From Basidiobolus meristosporus CBS 931.73 (lineage: Eukaryota > Fungi > Basidiobolomycota): 64,000 nt of DNA. A program made the position numbers and the translations under genes. Every line of letters starts with the position of its first letter. Position 1 is the first letter of the stretch. The notes under the pieces were generated by a model. The model did no database searches and had not been told where the DNA came from. It saw nothing but the letters and a program-made list of their open reading frames with translations. Shown here piece after piece: positions 26,342-40,319 of this stretch. The stretch covers positions 204,250 through 268,249 of the forward strand of contig MCFE01000006.1 of assembly GCA_002104905.1 (NCBI GenBank). Reading direction: 5' to 3'.

Positions 26342-27818
26342 TCAGTTGTATAACATGGTGATGACGAACGTGGAGATTGTGAACATAGCCAGAAAAGCAT
26401 TGCTGTCGAACAGCGAGGCAGTTTGGGAGATGGAGGCGGCGTGAACGGTATCTAGAGAGGTGAATAGCTGGAATGGCTGGAACAGCCTTGTGATGTTGTA
26501 TGTTGGTCTATATGCGTCTAGAATCTCCTTGCTGGCCTCCAAGTATCTCGGGTCGTTGTAGATCACGTACGCGCTTTGTAGAGTACGCACGTACTGGAGA
26601 GTGGATTCGAAGCCGCCCACATTTGGATACGGCCAGGTGCTTTGATTCAGCGAATACGGCAAGAGATAATCCAAAGCACGCTTTATGCTCTGCCCACTTG
26701 CACCCTTGTAGTGATATAAATCAACGCCAACCTTGGCGCTCAGCGCGGCCAAATGGAATAGTCCGTTCAAGTTGAATATGGAATAAAACCAAGAAGTGGC
26801 TCTTAAGGTTTCGTGGGGCTGTGCTCCTTCAGGGCTAATCTGAGTATCGATTCTGCAACTTGTGGCATTTAGCGCTACCTTTGAAGCCAGGTCATCCCGG
26901 CCAAGAAATAGAGCAATGGCCATGTATTGGACATCGAAGTAGGTGGCTATTTCGAAATGTTAGTCAATGGCAACGGAGTGGCCGTGGTTTTTGCTTACCG
27001 TGATTATTGTGAGAGGTACGTTCGAGAAAACCAAGCTCGCTCTCGTCCAACCATGTCATGTATTCAGTAAACCATTCGCGCAAACCATCCGATAACTCAT
27101 CAGTCCATTGCGGCGATTCTTGCAGATACGGAATGACATTGAACAGATCGGGTAACACATTCAAGTCAATGATTCCCTGTCGCCTGCCGAGCTTTTCCCC
27201 ACGAATGTATGATGCGTATTTCAGATGCGGATTCATTCGGGTTGAGTTATCAACAAACCAAGCTCGAATATGCTCTATGGCTTTGACCGCATACGCATCA
27301 TTCTCGAGGAAGTAATAGGCCAGACCCAGTGATTGAACGTCCCGTACCTATATCATGACAGCGTTATTAAAGGACAACCAGTCAAAGATGGGGAAAGGTG
27401 CACACACCAGGGAGCGAAATAGCTGGTAGTCAGATACGCTATTTATCTCTGGATTGGGGTATCCATCACGACGCTTGTATGGAAGACCGTCTGGGGATTT
27501 CTCGTTTGGCCAGTAGTACCTGGCGAGCGATAGATAGTCCTGACGACTCTTACTAGGAGGCAGCTGTGTTTTGGTACTGATGGTGTAGATCGTGTCATTG
27601 CCACAGGCCCGATCAGCCTTCTTTTTCAACGTGTAGAACGCATCCTGGAGATTTGCGTCGTATGAGTTTAACTGCTGCTTATTTTCGGCCAGAACGTACG
27701 GGTCTATGCTAACGAATGGAAACCTTTCCATGGTGTTGGCGCTATCAACCATCACCATGCCCTCGAACAATCTCAGAGAAACCAACAGAGCCAATGCACC
27801 CTTCGACTTGCCAACCAT
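26342..27818 (-). CDS. Secreted, probably GPI- or membrane-anchored alginate lyase domain protein (PF05426-type)
   Basis: Hydrophobic N-terminus, 'YLSLARYYWPN...DGLPYKRRDGYPNPE', 'MNPHLKYA', 'NNHG' motif, hydrophobic C-terminus; introns present. Confidence 0.88.
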
Positions 27819-28877
27819 GGTGGTCAATAATACACTCAAAAAACTGGAGGCGTTGAGAAACAATCTATTGAGGGCTCTGCGCGATATCACTCCAACAACA
27901 CCAAGGAAAACGTGGATAAAGAGCTGGTCGTAGTGGAGCGAACGCTTTTGAACGATATATACCAATAACTCTGTCAGTAGTGACGAAAATCTTTTATATT
28001 TGTTTAGAACTGCCTCATGGTTCATGAGCTTCTCGGCGGCAGAGCTGCTCGGAATATCCCCGTGATCAGACTATTACAAAGGACTGGATATAATCGATGC
28101 TGGGGAGTTGCGCTTTTGACAATATCATGACAGTGAGGGGAATTCGGCGGGGATTATTCGGGATCTTCCAGGCGTGTGATCTCGGATGTTATTGTGTTTT
28201 TACAGTGCGTGCGGATTGGTAAAGACGATAGCTTGACACCATGCCATTGTCGGGCGCATGAAGTAACCAATTTCGCAGCATGTGCTACAATGGATATGTC
28301 CCTTCGTTCTTCTAAAGCGCACGCAATGCTTCAAACTGCCTGATCCAATTCACAATTCTTGAAGGCTAGGCAATGTAGACGAGCCAGTTGATCAGGAGCG
28401 GCTCACTGCATTCATTGGGATCCCAAGTGATCATCTTTGGGAGTGCTCTAAGGAAAGGTCACATGACGACGCCGTACCGATGTATTTCCGCAGAGATCGG
28501 GATGCCCGGAATGAGTAGGTTAGACAGATGCCCCTGGATGATCTTAACGAGGCACCCTTGGCTGGGCTAGCCTTTTAGGCTTCCGCCCTTCCAAATCCAT
28601 CCACAATGGTAAATTGCCACATGTGGCATGCATGATCTATTGGAAAAATCCGTTTCAGGGATGTATTTATTCTAGCTTGAATCCTGCTCAAAATCCGGTT
28701 CGACACTATATATGACCTAGTGACAAAACCCAAGCTATCACCTTAGGGTCGATAGATATACACCTTGATGGTGAATTCCCATGGGGAAGTGAGTACCTTG
28801 AAGTTTGATAGATGTATGGTACAGAGGGATTTGGGTCGTGGGGATCTCACTGGATGGAGGCGACCTCGGACATCACT

Positions 28878-29778
28878 TTAACGGAACTCGAAAGACGAAG
28901 AATACGGCTGTGGGATGTGCTGCAGTGAGAGTTGCTGGAACCATTCCGAGTTCTAAAAAGTGCAAATGCAAGTCAAGTCAGATCAGTTACGCGCTGACAA
29001 AAAGAATCAATCGAGGTTCGAACAACCTGGTGGTAGTAGAAGCCTAGTATTGTTCCGGTGGAGCGCTGAAAGCAAACATAATAGAACCCGGCAAAGCTAG
29101 CACCGTGGATGGAGCGGACATGGTGGTCAGGCACTAAGAAATGCTCTTTCCAGCGCATGAAGATGAAATCGTTGTCCATAAAATTGTACTGGAACCCATC
29201 CTGGTTGAACACGGTCGAAAAGTCCCCGAACGCAGGGAATTTAAGCTAGGTGGTTCGAAGGCCAAAGGTTCAATACTATACTGCAACGGTTGTGTTTGAG
29301 AGAAAGTTTACCCAGTGCTGCTTATCGATAAGTTCATCAGCTTCCCACTTTCTTGTTAAAAACGGGTACTTTGGGCCAATAATTTCCGCGTCAAAGAACG
29401 TGGTCAGTTCAGGAAGGTCGTCGGTCAGCCCCTTGATGTGCAAATAGCCACACAGGTAGGAATCACTTAGGTCAACATACTACTCGAGGTTTTGGACCAG
29501 CTTAATGAAAAGGATGGAAGCAAATTCACAATCAATATGCGAAGTACCTGTAAATGCACTTGCACTTCGTAACTGCTTCTTCCGCTCCGTTGTTGTCCCT
29601 GGAACTTGCTTCCCGAATATAAGGAGCACGTCCCACTAGAGGTGAGTCTTACCGAGGAAATATTGGTAAGAATCCGTTTTTTAGATATGTGTTCCTCCTC
29701 GCGGTTATCCTCCACCGAGACGGGTTTCCGTCCAGAACCAAAACCAGTTCTCGAAACGAGACCTGAACTTACTGGCAT
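28878..29778 (-). CDS. GID4: GID complex substrate receptor Gid4/Vid24 family
   Basis: '[22 protein letters not shown]', '[11 protein letters not shown]', '[31 protein letters not shown]', ending 'SSFEFR*'; three introns. Confidence 0.92.
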
Positions 29779-31127
29779 TTTTCGCGACCCGTAATGAAAT
29801 TTGCTCACGATTTCAAGGAACGAGTGTAGTACTGTGATTTAGACTGGACTTGGGAAATGTTTATAAAACGAAAAACGCCAGTCACGTACCGTCATTCGCA
29901 AAAAAAAATGGTTGTTCGAAAAAAAATGATCATAACAAATAAAACCAATCCACCTGATCATCGGGGTTTTCCATGGATATTTGGTATTCGCTATGCGCTC
30001 GTCCAATGAGCCGTCACAGCAATCGCCCCAAATAAGCGATCGATGATTAGAGGATTCTGATACCATCACTCATACCTCGACCGTGAGAGCTGGGCTAGCG
30101 TGATGTGTTGGGTAGGCCATGCTGACTTCACGGATCCCGGACGAACGCTGGATAAGAAACCCACCAACCCGTCCAAGATCCTTCTTGTTTGTAAATATCC
30201 TGGCTATGCAGTAATCCTACAGGGTTTGGGAAGTATCGCAGATAGGGCGGAGGCGTGGATTTGAAACCTGACGAGGCACATCCTCAAGTTCGAAACTGAC
30301 CTAGCAATGAATATGAACTATGCTTGTTGTTGACTCTACGAAGCATAGATGGGCTTAGAGCCCATTGTATGGGTGGTGCGCCGAGTGTTTTGGGTCGTTC
30401 GATATGTAGGCACCTCTGGGGCGCTGGATTTCTGAATATACTGGAATGATGCGTCCATGGGTTAGTCTGTGCCATATCACACATGCTGAGCCAAGAGCTT
30501 AGATGGCCATGTTTTATTGTGTGTGTTTAGGTTTTATCTGTCAGAGGTGATCAGAGAAAGTGGAGTATTGTTTCTTCCCAGTTCACATGGGTGTAGTCAT
30601 TTTGAATCGATATAATGTCTGGTTGGATGTTCCAGATCTCTGTATAGGTGAGTTTTTGTAATTGTATCGTTTCATGTGTTGGTATGTGTTAAGGTAGATG
30701 GTGAATTTTCTTTGGAATATATGCTGAGCCAAGAGCCTGCCAGCTAGCAGCGCGATCTGTGCATCTAACTAGATCTCGGATATCCCACTCCCACGCCAAT
30801 CACGTTCTCGATATATATTAAAACTCGCCCATAATCAATCGGCCGGATCTGAGGGAGCTGATTGGAGACGAGTGGATGCTTGGTCAGTAAGCGTAGTTGA
30901 AACGAAACGACGTCGGTGTTGACTGCATGAAACTCTGTGTTAATGTCATTAAGTATTACGCAAACTATGGCACTGATTGAACCCCTCACCCCAGGTTGTA
31001 TACCACCGCCCCGTGCTATTCGATTTGAAGCACCCTCGGATGTTTCATCATGGAACAGTGTAATGGGTGATCGGCATATATAACAATCGAATAATGCCCG
31101 CGTCCACATTGGAGCCAGATGGGTGCG

Positions 31128-31307
31128 AACATGAGAAGATCTATTCCGTGGCTCTTCTTCGGCGGCGTTCTGTCGGTCACCGTAGCATTCCCTTTGGAGC
31201 TCTCGAAGCTCACCAAGCTAGTCCCTTTTCTAGATCCACCTTCGTACGTCTTGCATGACGACTACATCACCGCTGATAATGTTAATGGTCTCGCCATCAA
31301 TCTTTGA
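31128..31307 (+). CDS. Possible small secreted peptide
   Basis: Signal-peptide-like 'MRRSIPWLFFGGVLSVTVA' followed by ~40 aa; no recognised family. Confidence 0.25.
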   Translation, partial: NMRRSIPWLFFGGVLSVTVAFPLELSKLTKLVPFLDPPSYVLHDDYITADNVNGLAINL

Positions 31308-31802
31308 ATGTCTGTAATGAAATTACCCACGGATAAAAGACCGGCTAACCATACTGAGCTAGCGTTCGAATGAATACAGTTAAACCAGTCACCTAATACT
31401 CCTCCACATATCAGGTTTGTGATTAGGGCGGTAGAGGAACCTGGCGAGTGTAGTGTCGATGGATGGCTGAGGGCAGCAGTGCCAGTGTTAAGAAATGATC
31501 AACTGTAGCAAGTTTCATGAACCTGATTCATATGACTCAATTTGACTGATGAATCCCTATGGGATGTGTAAGGTACCAAGTGCTTACCTAATCTTTCCCT
31601 TCAAACACAAAGAGGCTGACAACATAGAACAGATACGATGAAAGTTTAATGAATCTACCCCTGGTATTGGTTCCTGACCATTACATATTTGGGTTTGAGT
31701 TCGGATCGATTTCACAGAATTGATCATATATATAATATCATAATACAATATACATCTATTTACATCCATGGTTTACATCACACATTCGAGTCCATCCCGA
31801 GA

Positions 31803-32309
31803 CTATACACTTTGGTCGTTGAGAAGAAACTCCAAGCTCATTAGTGAGGAGCTCGCGGTATCAGAAATGGCAGGTGAAGATGATCGTTCAGAGCCAGAGT
31901 GGTAGGTCTCGTAGGATTCGCTGTCGGAGAAGGGTTTTTCTGAGCTCAAGCACAGAGGCAATCTCTTCCCGGTGTTGTATGAGTGGATACGCTGATGTCT
32001 GGCGAGCTGATCAGTTCTAGCGAATCGCTTATTGCAACCGATAGCCTCGCAGATGTGCGGGCGCTCACCTGTGTGTGTGCGTAGATGCCGGGTTAGGTTA
32101 TCATATCTAAAGAACGCTCTTTTACAGATATGGCAGTGAACCAACTTGCGACAATGCTTGGAGGCTCTTCCAGAAGCCTTTCCATCATCTGGTGTTGATG
32201 TATTGTGTTGTAGTCGAAATACACGGATGGGCACATCTTGTGTGTCAGTTTGAGAAGAGCTATTGGTAATCCATCTGGATTGAGCAACTTGGTCAATTTG
32301 CAGCATCAA
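31803..32309 (-). CDS. Two-finger C2H2 zinc-finger transcription factor (Mig1/CreA/EGR-like fingers)
   Basis: CHICKRAFFRYDNLTRHLRTH-TGERP-HICEAIGCNKRFARTDQLARHQRIH; Ser-rich tail ending 'MSLEFLLND'. Confidence 0.88.
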   Translation of the reverse strand: MMLQIDQVAQSRWITNSSSQTDTQDVPIRVFRLQHNTSTPDDGKASGRASKHCRKLVHCHICKRAFFRYDNLTRHLRTHTGERPHICEAIGCNKRFARTDQLARHQRIHSYNTGKRLPLCLSSEKPFSDSESYETYHSGSERSSSPAISDTASSSLMSLEFLLNDQSV

Positions 32310-35300
32310 GAGTTGGTGAATGATGAGTTGGTAGGGAGCTGAAGTCAGGTCCAGCTAACTCTTTATATCCCTGTAGCTAGGGATTGATGGCCGATCAGAG
32401 CGCATAAGCCGCATACAAATATAAAGATCTTCTTAATCAGAGGGTCACCCAATGATGCCTCTTCATTCTTGGGGAGGCGGCTAAAACGGCCTAGTTTCGA
32501 GGGGATGGGCTCATAGTGACATCACCGGAAAAGGAAGTGCATGAAACAACAATAGGCGTGCATTATAGGCAGATTAAATCATGCTACTAATAACCTGTTG
32601 TAATCAAAGATGGCCTACTCGTATTCTGAATTGACAGAGTATATTGCCAAAAAATGGAATAACTACTTTCGGTGTTATAATTCCGCCTTACGCAAGAAAT
32701 ACTCAAGATCATTATCCTATGGCAGGGTTGGAGGCAGTCTGCCCTTGAAATCGTATGATATCATTGTGATGATGTCGGGAATACCACTGACCTTGACGTC
32801 ATTGATAAACTACCCACCCAGTAGAACAGCTAATGCGATGCCTAATAACAAGCATACCAGGTAAATCATGATCCTTATAATTCTCCCCTAGAGTTTACTG
32901 AAACGGATCACTTGCTCTATCTCAGCTAAGAACCAGGTTTTGATCATCATTCATAGGGCTGCAGTGTCAGTAGAGAATATAGCGCTTTCCAAGCGTCTCT
33001 CGGCTTGTTATGGAGGTGTAGTTTCAAGCTGAATGCGTGTACCCTACTGTCTGCCCCATGATGCTTCACATAATGCTCACCTAGAGGTTACGTCATTTCA
33101 GGATCTCTGGACTATTACTGCCCGGTAACTGATCTAATCAAGCCGGGCTTTCCCTATCTCACTCTAACAAAATATGATTGCTGGTACTACCAGAGTGTGT
33201 GCTGCGACAGCAGAATCAGATCGGTTGAATACGCCCAAGTATGATGTATACAAACCGCAACTGATATAGCATGGTAATAACGTATGCTGGCGAGGGTTCG
33301 CGACGCAGTTTCCTTTGCAATGCCCTTGGACGTATTTGCCTAGACAATCAACTAGTTTGGAGTGTACTCTGATTACCTAATTACACAAACGCAATGCTGA
33401 CATACCGGGACTTCATCGTGATTAGGTCACTGATAATCACTATTCGGATTCTCAGAAGGATGCTGTTGCAGATCCGGTTCCAAACAGCTACAAAAGTGGT
33501 GTTGTGCCGCAAATTACTGGAAAATTTACCCATCTGCAAACGCCAAGAAGCCTTTTTGTCTACATCTATGGATTACGATATCCGCGTGTGACCATGCGAA
33601 CCTGTTCAGGTGCAAGAATGGTGTAGATAATGCACACTAGGGACCCGTTTGATTGGCGCTCCGTTGGTTTGGTTTAATTGTGTTGTAACCTCCATTCTCT
33701 TTACTCCCTTTTGGTGAGGGAGGCCTGCCAGAACGTGCCATTTCTCGAGGAATGATCTACAACAATGGGAAAGTGGATCCGGGTTAACTGTATGTGTGAA
33801 ATTCGGATTGGTGTTCAGCTCATATATTAGATCCAAAACTGAACGATGCCAATGGATTGCAATGGAAACAGAGAAATCAAAGGAATCTGCACCATTTCCG
33901 AGTATGCTATCCATCAGTGGTCACCTGTATCAAACAAACCAGAATTGCCGAGTACATTTCATTCATTCAAGACCATAAATTGCCACACAAATTATCAGAT
34001 ATGCGGTTTTTTACCAGGCTTCAGTGGTCACTTACAATGACACAGGCCTGCTGAACCCAGGGGTTGTTGGATAAGAGCGCAATCAACATATATATATATG
34101 TTCGTGGGACTTGCCCCAAGTTTGGCTCTTTTCGTCGATTATTCATGGCCACTAGAGGGAGGCATTGGTAAGATGAAGCTGTGCAAGTATTGGTCCGAGG
34201 CTGTTCGTCAACTCCGCATTTTGAAGTGCTGCGATCTCTATCTCTATACTATTCCCATATCCGTCCCTTTCCAGTTTCCACTGGCACCTGGTGCAAATTC
34301 CACAAAGATCCGTCAGTGACCATGTGGCTTGTTAGATTCAAATCCATGATAAATACACTGGTCTGGATGCACCCTGCTAGCTGGGGTGCTGGTAAGTGAA
34401 TGAACAGTAAATGGTCATGAGACTCTACCGTTATTTGGTCAACCACAGAAAGAAAGAAAGACCTTGGGGGCGCCGTGCAGTTGACGTAGGTAGCATCGGG
34501 AACTTGGTTCTGCTCCGAGATCAATTGAAATTAGCTGACCACTAATTTCAAGCCAATATTCACTCCTAATTAATCGACCACATGCAAAAAGATGTTCATG
34601 AGCAACCAGGTGCAGAGTCGACTGTCTGCAATAGTCTCGTTCTTTTCTTGCTCGAAAGCTGTCATCCAATACTCACATACACTCTGCCATTGAGGTTATG
34701 TTTCTGAGATCGTATCATGGAACAGCTGAGCCGTATGGCCAAGAAACTGTGAGATCAACCCGCCCAAAGAGTACTAATTCATATGCATGCTTTCCGATCA
34801 GGATTAAACTTTCTTTCCTAACAGATCATACGATGTGATTAGCGTTGCTCTTGGTTATTTATTTATCTCGATTCCGCGTTTTGTAGATGGAAATTAATTG
34901 AGAAACAGATCTTGCATAATAAGATCGCTCCCTGCATTACACAATCATAGTTTGGCAGAATTCATCAATTATACAGGTAGATTACCTTTATTCCAGTGAC
35001 CAATGTGTGATCAATAAAGGAAAAGCCTTAAACGTTAGGAAAAACATTTTTATCATTTTCCAAGACATATTTGTTTCTAGTCTTTAATGTGTGTGTATTA
35101 TTACACTTAGCAACTTCAGCTCTGAAGTGATTCATGTGGACTTCTCTTAGAGTTAATTTCATGTGATAGATAAGAATTCTTTAAATTATTGAAATCCCGG
35201 ATATTGCCAAAAACCTTAACTCATTCAAGGACCCCAATTGTTGCTCCCTGGGACCTTCTTCAAAAAACACTCATCAATGGCTGCATGAAATGCTGCTGTA

Positions 35301-35479
35301 TTCAATAATACTTCCTTTATTAAATAAGACTAGCAAGAACTGCATGCACTTTTAATCGCTAACCATTAGAAGTTACACAATAATTCTGAAGCAATTAGCA
35401 CACTTTGTATCATTTATATGTGATTCTGAACTTGTTAATATCAAGGGGAGCGGGCTTGGTACCTATTATGTAGCTGTAG

Positions 35480-36620
35480 CAAATAAGATTACAATACGGG
35501 TCATAAACAGTGCAGCCATCTAAGCAATAGTAGTGCTGTATTCAGACTAAGCTTGTATGTGTTGTAAGAGTCTTGAGTAATACTGGATGTGATTGGGAGA
35601 ACAAGTAAATATAGAGCTTTCACTTGGTGATTTGTGAAATATAAAATGTTATTAATACTGTTGCATGGTTTTGTCAATGTTGCATACATATTACACTTCA
35701 GAATTCCTAGACAGTTGTGTGCAAAATTTTAAGGGTTGTTGTTCACTGCAAGAGTTCTCATATTCCAAACACTTAACATTTTGCTGAGAGAATCCAAACA
35801 AACTCAAACAAAAAGGTTAAGCCAGGCAATAGTACAGTACATAAGCTTTGGTCTATGTCAATTGGTCAAATATAGATATTCTAACATAAATACAAAACCA
35901 GCAATCCTCCCACACTACTAATTACTTGTATTAACCAAACCTTATGGTCTAAGGTATCTAGGCAAGTTTATGACAAACAATTTTTAAGTAAATCCATACT
36001 CCTCATAGGCTAGAGAGTAATCTAGGCTACACTTGTTTTCCCTTATAGCTTTAAATATATATGCAGTGATTTCTTAGGATAACAGCTAGTAACTAAGCTT
36101 AGTGATAACCTAAGGTTATCAAGATTTTTACATACTTGTCAAAAGCCCTCAGACTTTTGTACATATGCCTGAAACATCCATTAAGTCATTATCATCACCA
36201 TATTTATAGGGCATGCATAAGTACTCAGATGCCTGATCTCAGCTTGGTAAGCAAAGCCAGAGCCACTAAATGTTGTAAGAGTTATGAGGCTATTGGAAGC
36301 CATTGGGAGAACAAGTTGAACATGTGGTTTATGCTTAATGATTCATTCAATTTAGAAGTAATATATATTCCTTTACACAGTTTTTACAAAGCAAACACAT
36401 GGAATATGTTTGGGAAAGCCCTAAGAGCATGTGTTTTGGGGCTGTCTGAGCAACTTGAAGATATTTCATGTTCTGAATTCCTATTTTTCTGGAGAAAATA
36501 TTCTTAGTATATCACAAGTAGGAACTTGGACAGAGTTCTCTAAGAGTTGCTGACAATAGTCTTATTAACTAGGGTAGGCAAATATATAGGTGTATTACAA
36601 AATGGGCAACAGCCTCACTT
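35480..36620. repeat. Degenerate Copia-family LTR remnants
   Basis: 'tgttgtaagagtcttgag' and 'tgttgtaagagttatgagg...gggagaacaag' resemble the reverse LTR. Confidence 0.55.
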
Positions 36621-36696
36621 AACTACTCACATTGACTGGTCTTAGCTTTGAACTGAGATTTTCAAGGTTGTCATTAGTCAAGAGCTTAGTGAATAG

Positions 36697-36905
36697 ACTT
36701 GTTCCATCATTCCAGCTGATCATAGTGCCCAATAGTGCCATAGCATGCCAGATGGTGCTGGATCATGCCACAGAGTGCCAGATGGTGCCATACAGTGCCA
36801 ATTTGGGATCAAAATTGGCATGCATATGACCCTAAAATATCAAATTAATAACAAAATATACAGCACTTTCTGGCACTATGATCAATGGAACAATGGAACA
36901 AGTCT
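36697..36905. mobile_element. Short (209 bp) MITE of the AGACTTGTTC family with AAT target duplication
   Basis: TIRs AGACTTGTTCCAT and ATGGAACAAGTCT; AAT on both flanks. Confidence 0.85.
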
Positions 36906-36959
36906 AATATGTTAGTAATCATTTCATCTGTAGGACTGTAGGACATGTTCACTAAGTTA

Positions 36960-37760
36960 TTCTTGATAGCTTCCCATATAAGATAATGTCTAGTATTCTT
37001 GTGCCTAGTTCAAGCATGAAAAGTTTTATTTCCACTTAATTGTATACATTCATGGTTTTCTTAAAAAAATGCAAAGGTAGTTTCTTAATATAAGCCCAAA
37101 TCCTTGAAGAGCTTTTGTAGTCACATTGCTTTTCTTACCACCTCACAGTCTGCCATATACTTTGCCTTTGAGGTGGAAAGTGCTTCAGTTGGTTACTTTC
37201 TAGAAATCTGCAAGTTTGTTCTATTAAAATGCAGAAAAGTGTGTGCTGTGGTGGTTCTTCTGTTGTTGGGGTTTTGCCCCAATCAGCAGCAGAGTAGCTC
37301 CAAAGATCCTGTTCTGAATCCTTATAGGTGTACTTAAAGTAGATAAGAGCAGATTGTCATGAGTACCTGAGAAATCTGATCAACTGCTGCAATATACTCA
37401 GACCCTTAATTTGGGTTATTTTAGCTGACAATTTCCTCTGCATATGAGATATCTAGATCAAACTGCTAATTGTAGATGGGCAAGGGAACTCTGGGCTTTC
37501 AGATTGCACCAAACTCTCAGGATATAGCTCAGTATTAACCAAGTTGAGCTGGCTCATGGATATGTCTTCTTCAAGCTTCCCACTGAGATTCACTCTTTAC
37601 ATTCATTTGATAAATAAAGAACTTACACCTGTCTGCAAGAGCCAATGCTACTCTGATGGTATTACACCTTCCTACCAATGCAAAGGTCTTAGTGTAGTTC
37701 AGTCATTCTGATTAATGGGCTATTGGGCACAAGTCTTGCTCTATATCTTTTGATAGTACC
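36960..37760 (-). mobile_element. Decayed Copia RT/RNase H fragment
   Basis: Homologous to 13250-13900 (tctgccatatactttgcctttg, gaactctgggctttcagattgcacc). Confidence 0.65.
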
Positions 37761-39319
37761 ATTAACTTTCCCTATTAAAAATAATTTGGTCCTGCAGGTA
37801 GATCCAATCTGGATCAGCCATCAAGATCCTGTCAGGAGACCAATTTTCTCACTTTCAGATCCCAGACACTGTATCACCTCCTGCAGTTGTGTGCATTGAT
37901 TGGCTATTGCCTCTTTTTTACACTGCTTACTTTCTGACTCAACTGTTTCTCTTACTTTTCATGTCTAATAATTGATTTATTTCCATTGAAACTTCAGTTG
38001 TACCTCAATTGCCAATTGTATTGACCTATACAAGTCCCTATAACATACACTAACTTTGAGCCCAACCTCACATTCAACAAGTAACTCCATTAAAATCCAC
38101 CACTCAATAAGTATTTCTGTTGTGATGCTTGGTTTCCATGACTTTGGTAGGAAATGGGCGGCTTTATGCCACTGTTCATTCACTGGTTCCCATATGTCCT
38201 GTTCTTCAGCCAGCACTACAAGGTCTAGCACCTCATCTGCCAGTCATTGCAGTAAATCTTTGCAATATTCAATTCCATTTTCTTGAGCACTGCTCTTGAA
38301 GAAGCACTGCAACCTCTTGGTGTGACTATTAATGTTCTAAAATTCCACTGAAGGCATTGTGATTACCTTTTGAGTTCTTGGCATTGTTACTTGGTCTGTC
38401 AGTGGGATCTCCATTCTGTCAGCAATGAAGAATGTGGAGGCTGTGGGAGACAAATTGCCTTTCTCTGCAAACTCATCTATCTCACTGGAGTGCAGCTCAA
38501 CTGGCTGCGCTTCCAAATCTTGCAAAAACTGCTGTTTCCTTGTTGGTAGTTCTTCTTGGCTATGATGGGGTTCAGTCTGTTCAAGGCTTACAGCATTAAT
38601 TGGCAAGAACTGCATTTGTTTCTCATGCGTCCATGTCTCTGGCTTGGGAAGACTTTTCTCCCTCTACCTTTTCCTTTATCACTGCCAGGATTTTCACTGC
38701 TACTTTGTCTGAGTGCCTCTTGTATTGAACTATATTTTCTCCTTGATAAATGCTGCTCTGATGCATCTGTTTTGGCCTGCTTGTCCCTTGTTGGCACTAT
38801 GCAGGCAACCAGATGCTTCATTCCTGCTTGTTTTGTGCTCTCAGCTCATGCTGTGATGGGCTCCCAAGGTAGACACTTGTGTTTACCACTGCCAGATCCT
38901 TCACTGCTACTTTGAATGATTGCTCCTTGAGTAGAAATATGCCTTTAACTTGATAATTGTTGTGCTGGTGCACCTGTGTCTGCCTGCTTTTCCATTATCA
39001 GCACCCTTTCAGCTACCTGTTGTTGCTTTGATGCTTGTATGGAGCTTTTGGCCCTGCTTGTAACAAGCTCTGGAGGAAGCTGCTGGTTTTTAGCCATTCC
39101 ACCCTTGTACTACTGCCTTTGATAGTTTCTTCTACTCTTGAGATACTTTCTTAGCATACAAAGGCTGGCCCACAAACTATTTGCTTGTTTGAATCCAGGA
39201 TAATGCTCATGGAACGAGTCAAGTGCATTCTGCTTGGCCTTGAGTTCCCAATGGTCCCATTGAATGCCAGCCTAAAGGTATTGGTGTGCTGAACTTCCAA
39301 CAGCCTGTTAAATGTTGAC

Positions 39320-40069
39320 TTACTCTTCCTCATTGCACTCAAGAGCTTCACAGATATTCAATGTCTTTTGATTTTCAGGCTTTGGTATAAACAATATATT
39401 ATCTCCCTTCCATGCTGTGATGGGTTTTCCTGTGGGCTTTATCTTTGGGCACTGTTGTTGTGCTTCAAAGACTATATGATGTTCCTTGGCTGCTTCATTT
39501 GGAAATGGCGCAATTATTGGCTGTGACATTGAGCTACTTGAGTTCCTTTGTTGCAGCAAAGATACTGCTTTCTCTACCTGGGAAATTGATTGCTCCACAC
39601 CTTTTATCCGCTCATCCTGTTTCTGGACTATTTCCTGACTTCTCTGGGCCATTGCATCTATCCTATCAGCCAATGCCATTAATTGCCACATTAGTGCTTT
39701 GGTATTAGCTGACAACATACTTACTAATACAGGTGGTGGTGATGCTATGATGGCCACTTGCTGGTCTTCAACTGAAGGTACTGCTTTTGCTATATTCTCA
39801 TCTGCCTCAGCATTATGGTCTGGTTGCAGCCCTGCAGAGATTCCCAATTGCCTACTTGACTGAGAGTGTGAGGAGTCAGCATTATTACCTTCAGTGGGCA
39901 CACTGTCCACAGGACCTTTTTTAGTTGTTGCCCCACTTGTTGCACTGAATATCAGAGCAAGCTGCTGTCCAACTGCTCCTCTGCTGCTGTCAGCAGTGGG
40001 GTTTGGTTGGGAACCAGACAACTTTGCTTTATTTTTTGGTGGCATATATATGGAAGTGAGTCCAACCAA
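39320..40069 (-). CDS. Unknown coiled-coil ORF, probable accessory gene of the En/Spm-like element (continues as relics to ~38000)
   Basis: 249 aa open frame inside the TIRs, CpG-depleted like the surrounding TE DNA. Confidence 0.45.
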   Translation of the reverse strand: MVGLTSIYMPPKNKAKLSGSQPNPTADSSRGAVGQQLALIFSATSGATTKKGPVDSVPTEGNNADSSHSQSSRQLGISAGLQPDHNAEADENIAKAVPSVEDQQVAIIASPPPVLVSMLSANTKALMWQLMALADRIDAMAQRSQEIVQKQDERIKGVEQSISQVEKAVSLLQQRNSSSSMSQPIIAPFPNEAAKEHHIVFEAQQQCPKIKPTGKPITAWKGDNILFIPKPENQKTLNICEALECNEEE

Positions 40070-40319
40070 AGGGGAAGTTGTGTTACATATATGTGTGTAT
40101 GTGGTGCCACAACTTTATTTATAATGCTTATTATGGTGGATCATCATTGAGTCTTACATTCATGTAGGTGCAATGTCACAAATACAAGACTGTCTTAAAT
40201 ACACATGAGTAGTGACAAAAAAAATTATATAATAACATTACATTGTTAATTGTCAAATTGTTTGCCCATGGGCAAGATTACTTTGATACAACACCATAAG
40301 AGAAGAGAAAAAAAACTAT

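Noticed and set aside
32610-34950. Short ORFs between the C2H2 gene and the TE block
   Set aside because: No motifs or consistent splice structure; treated as intergenic or upstream regulatory DNA.
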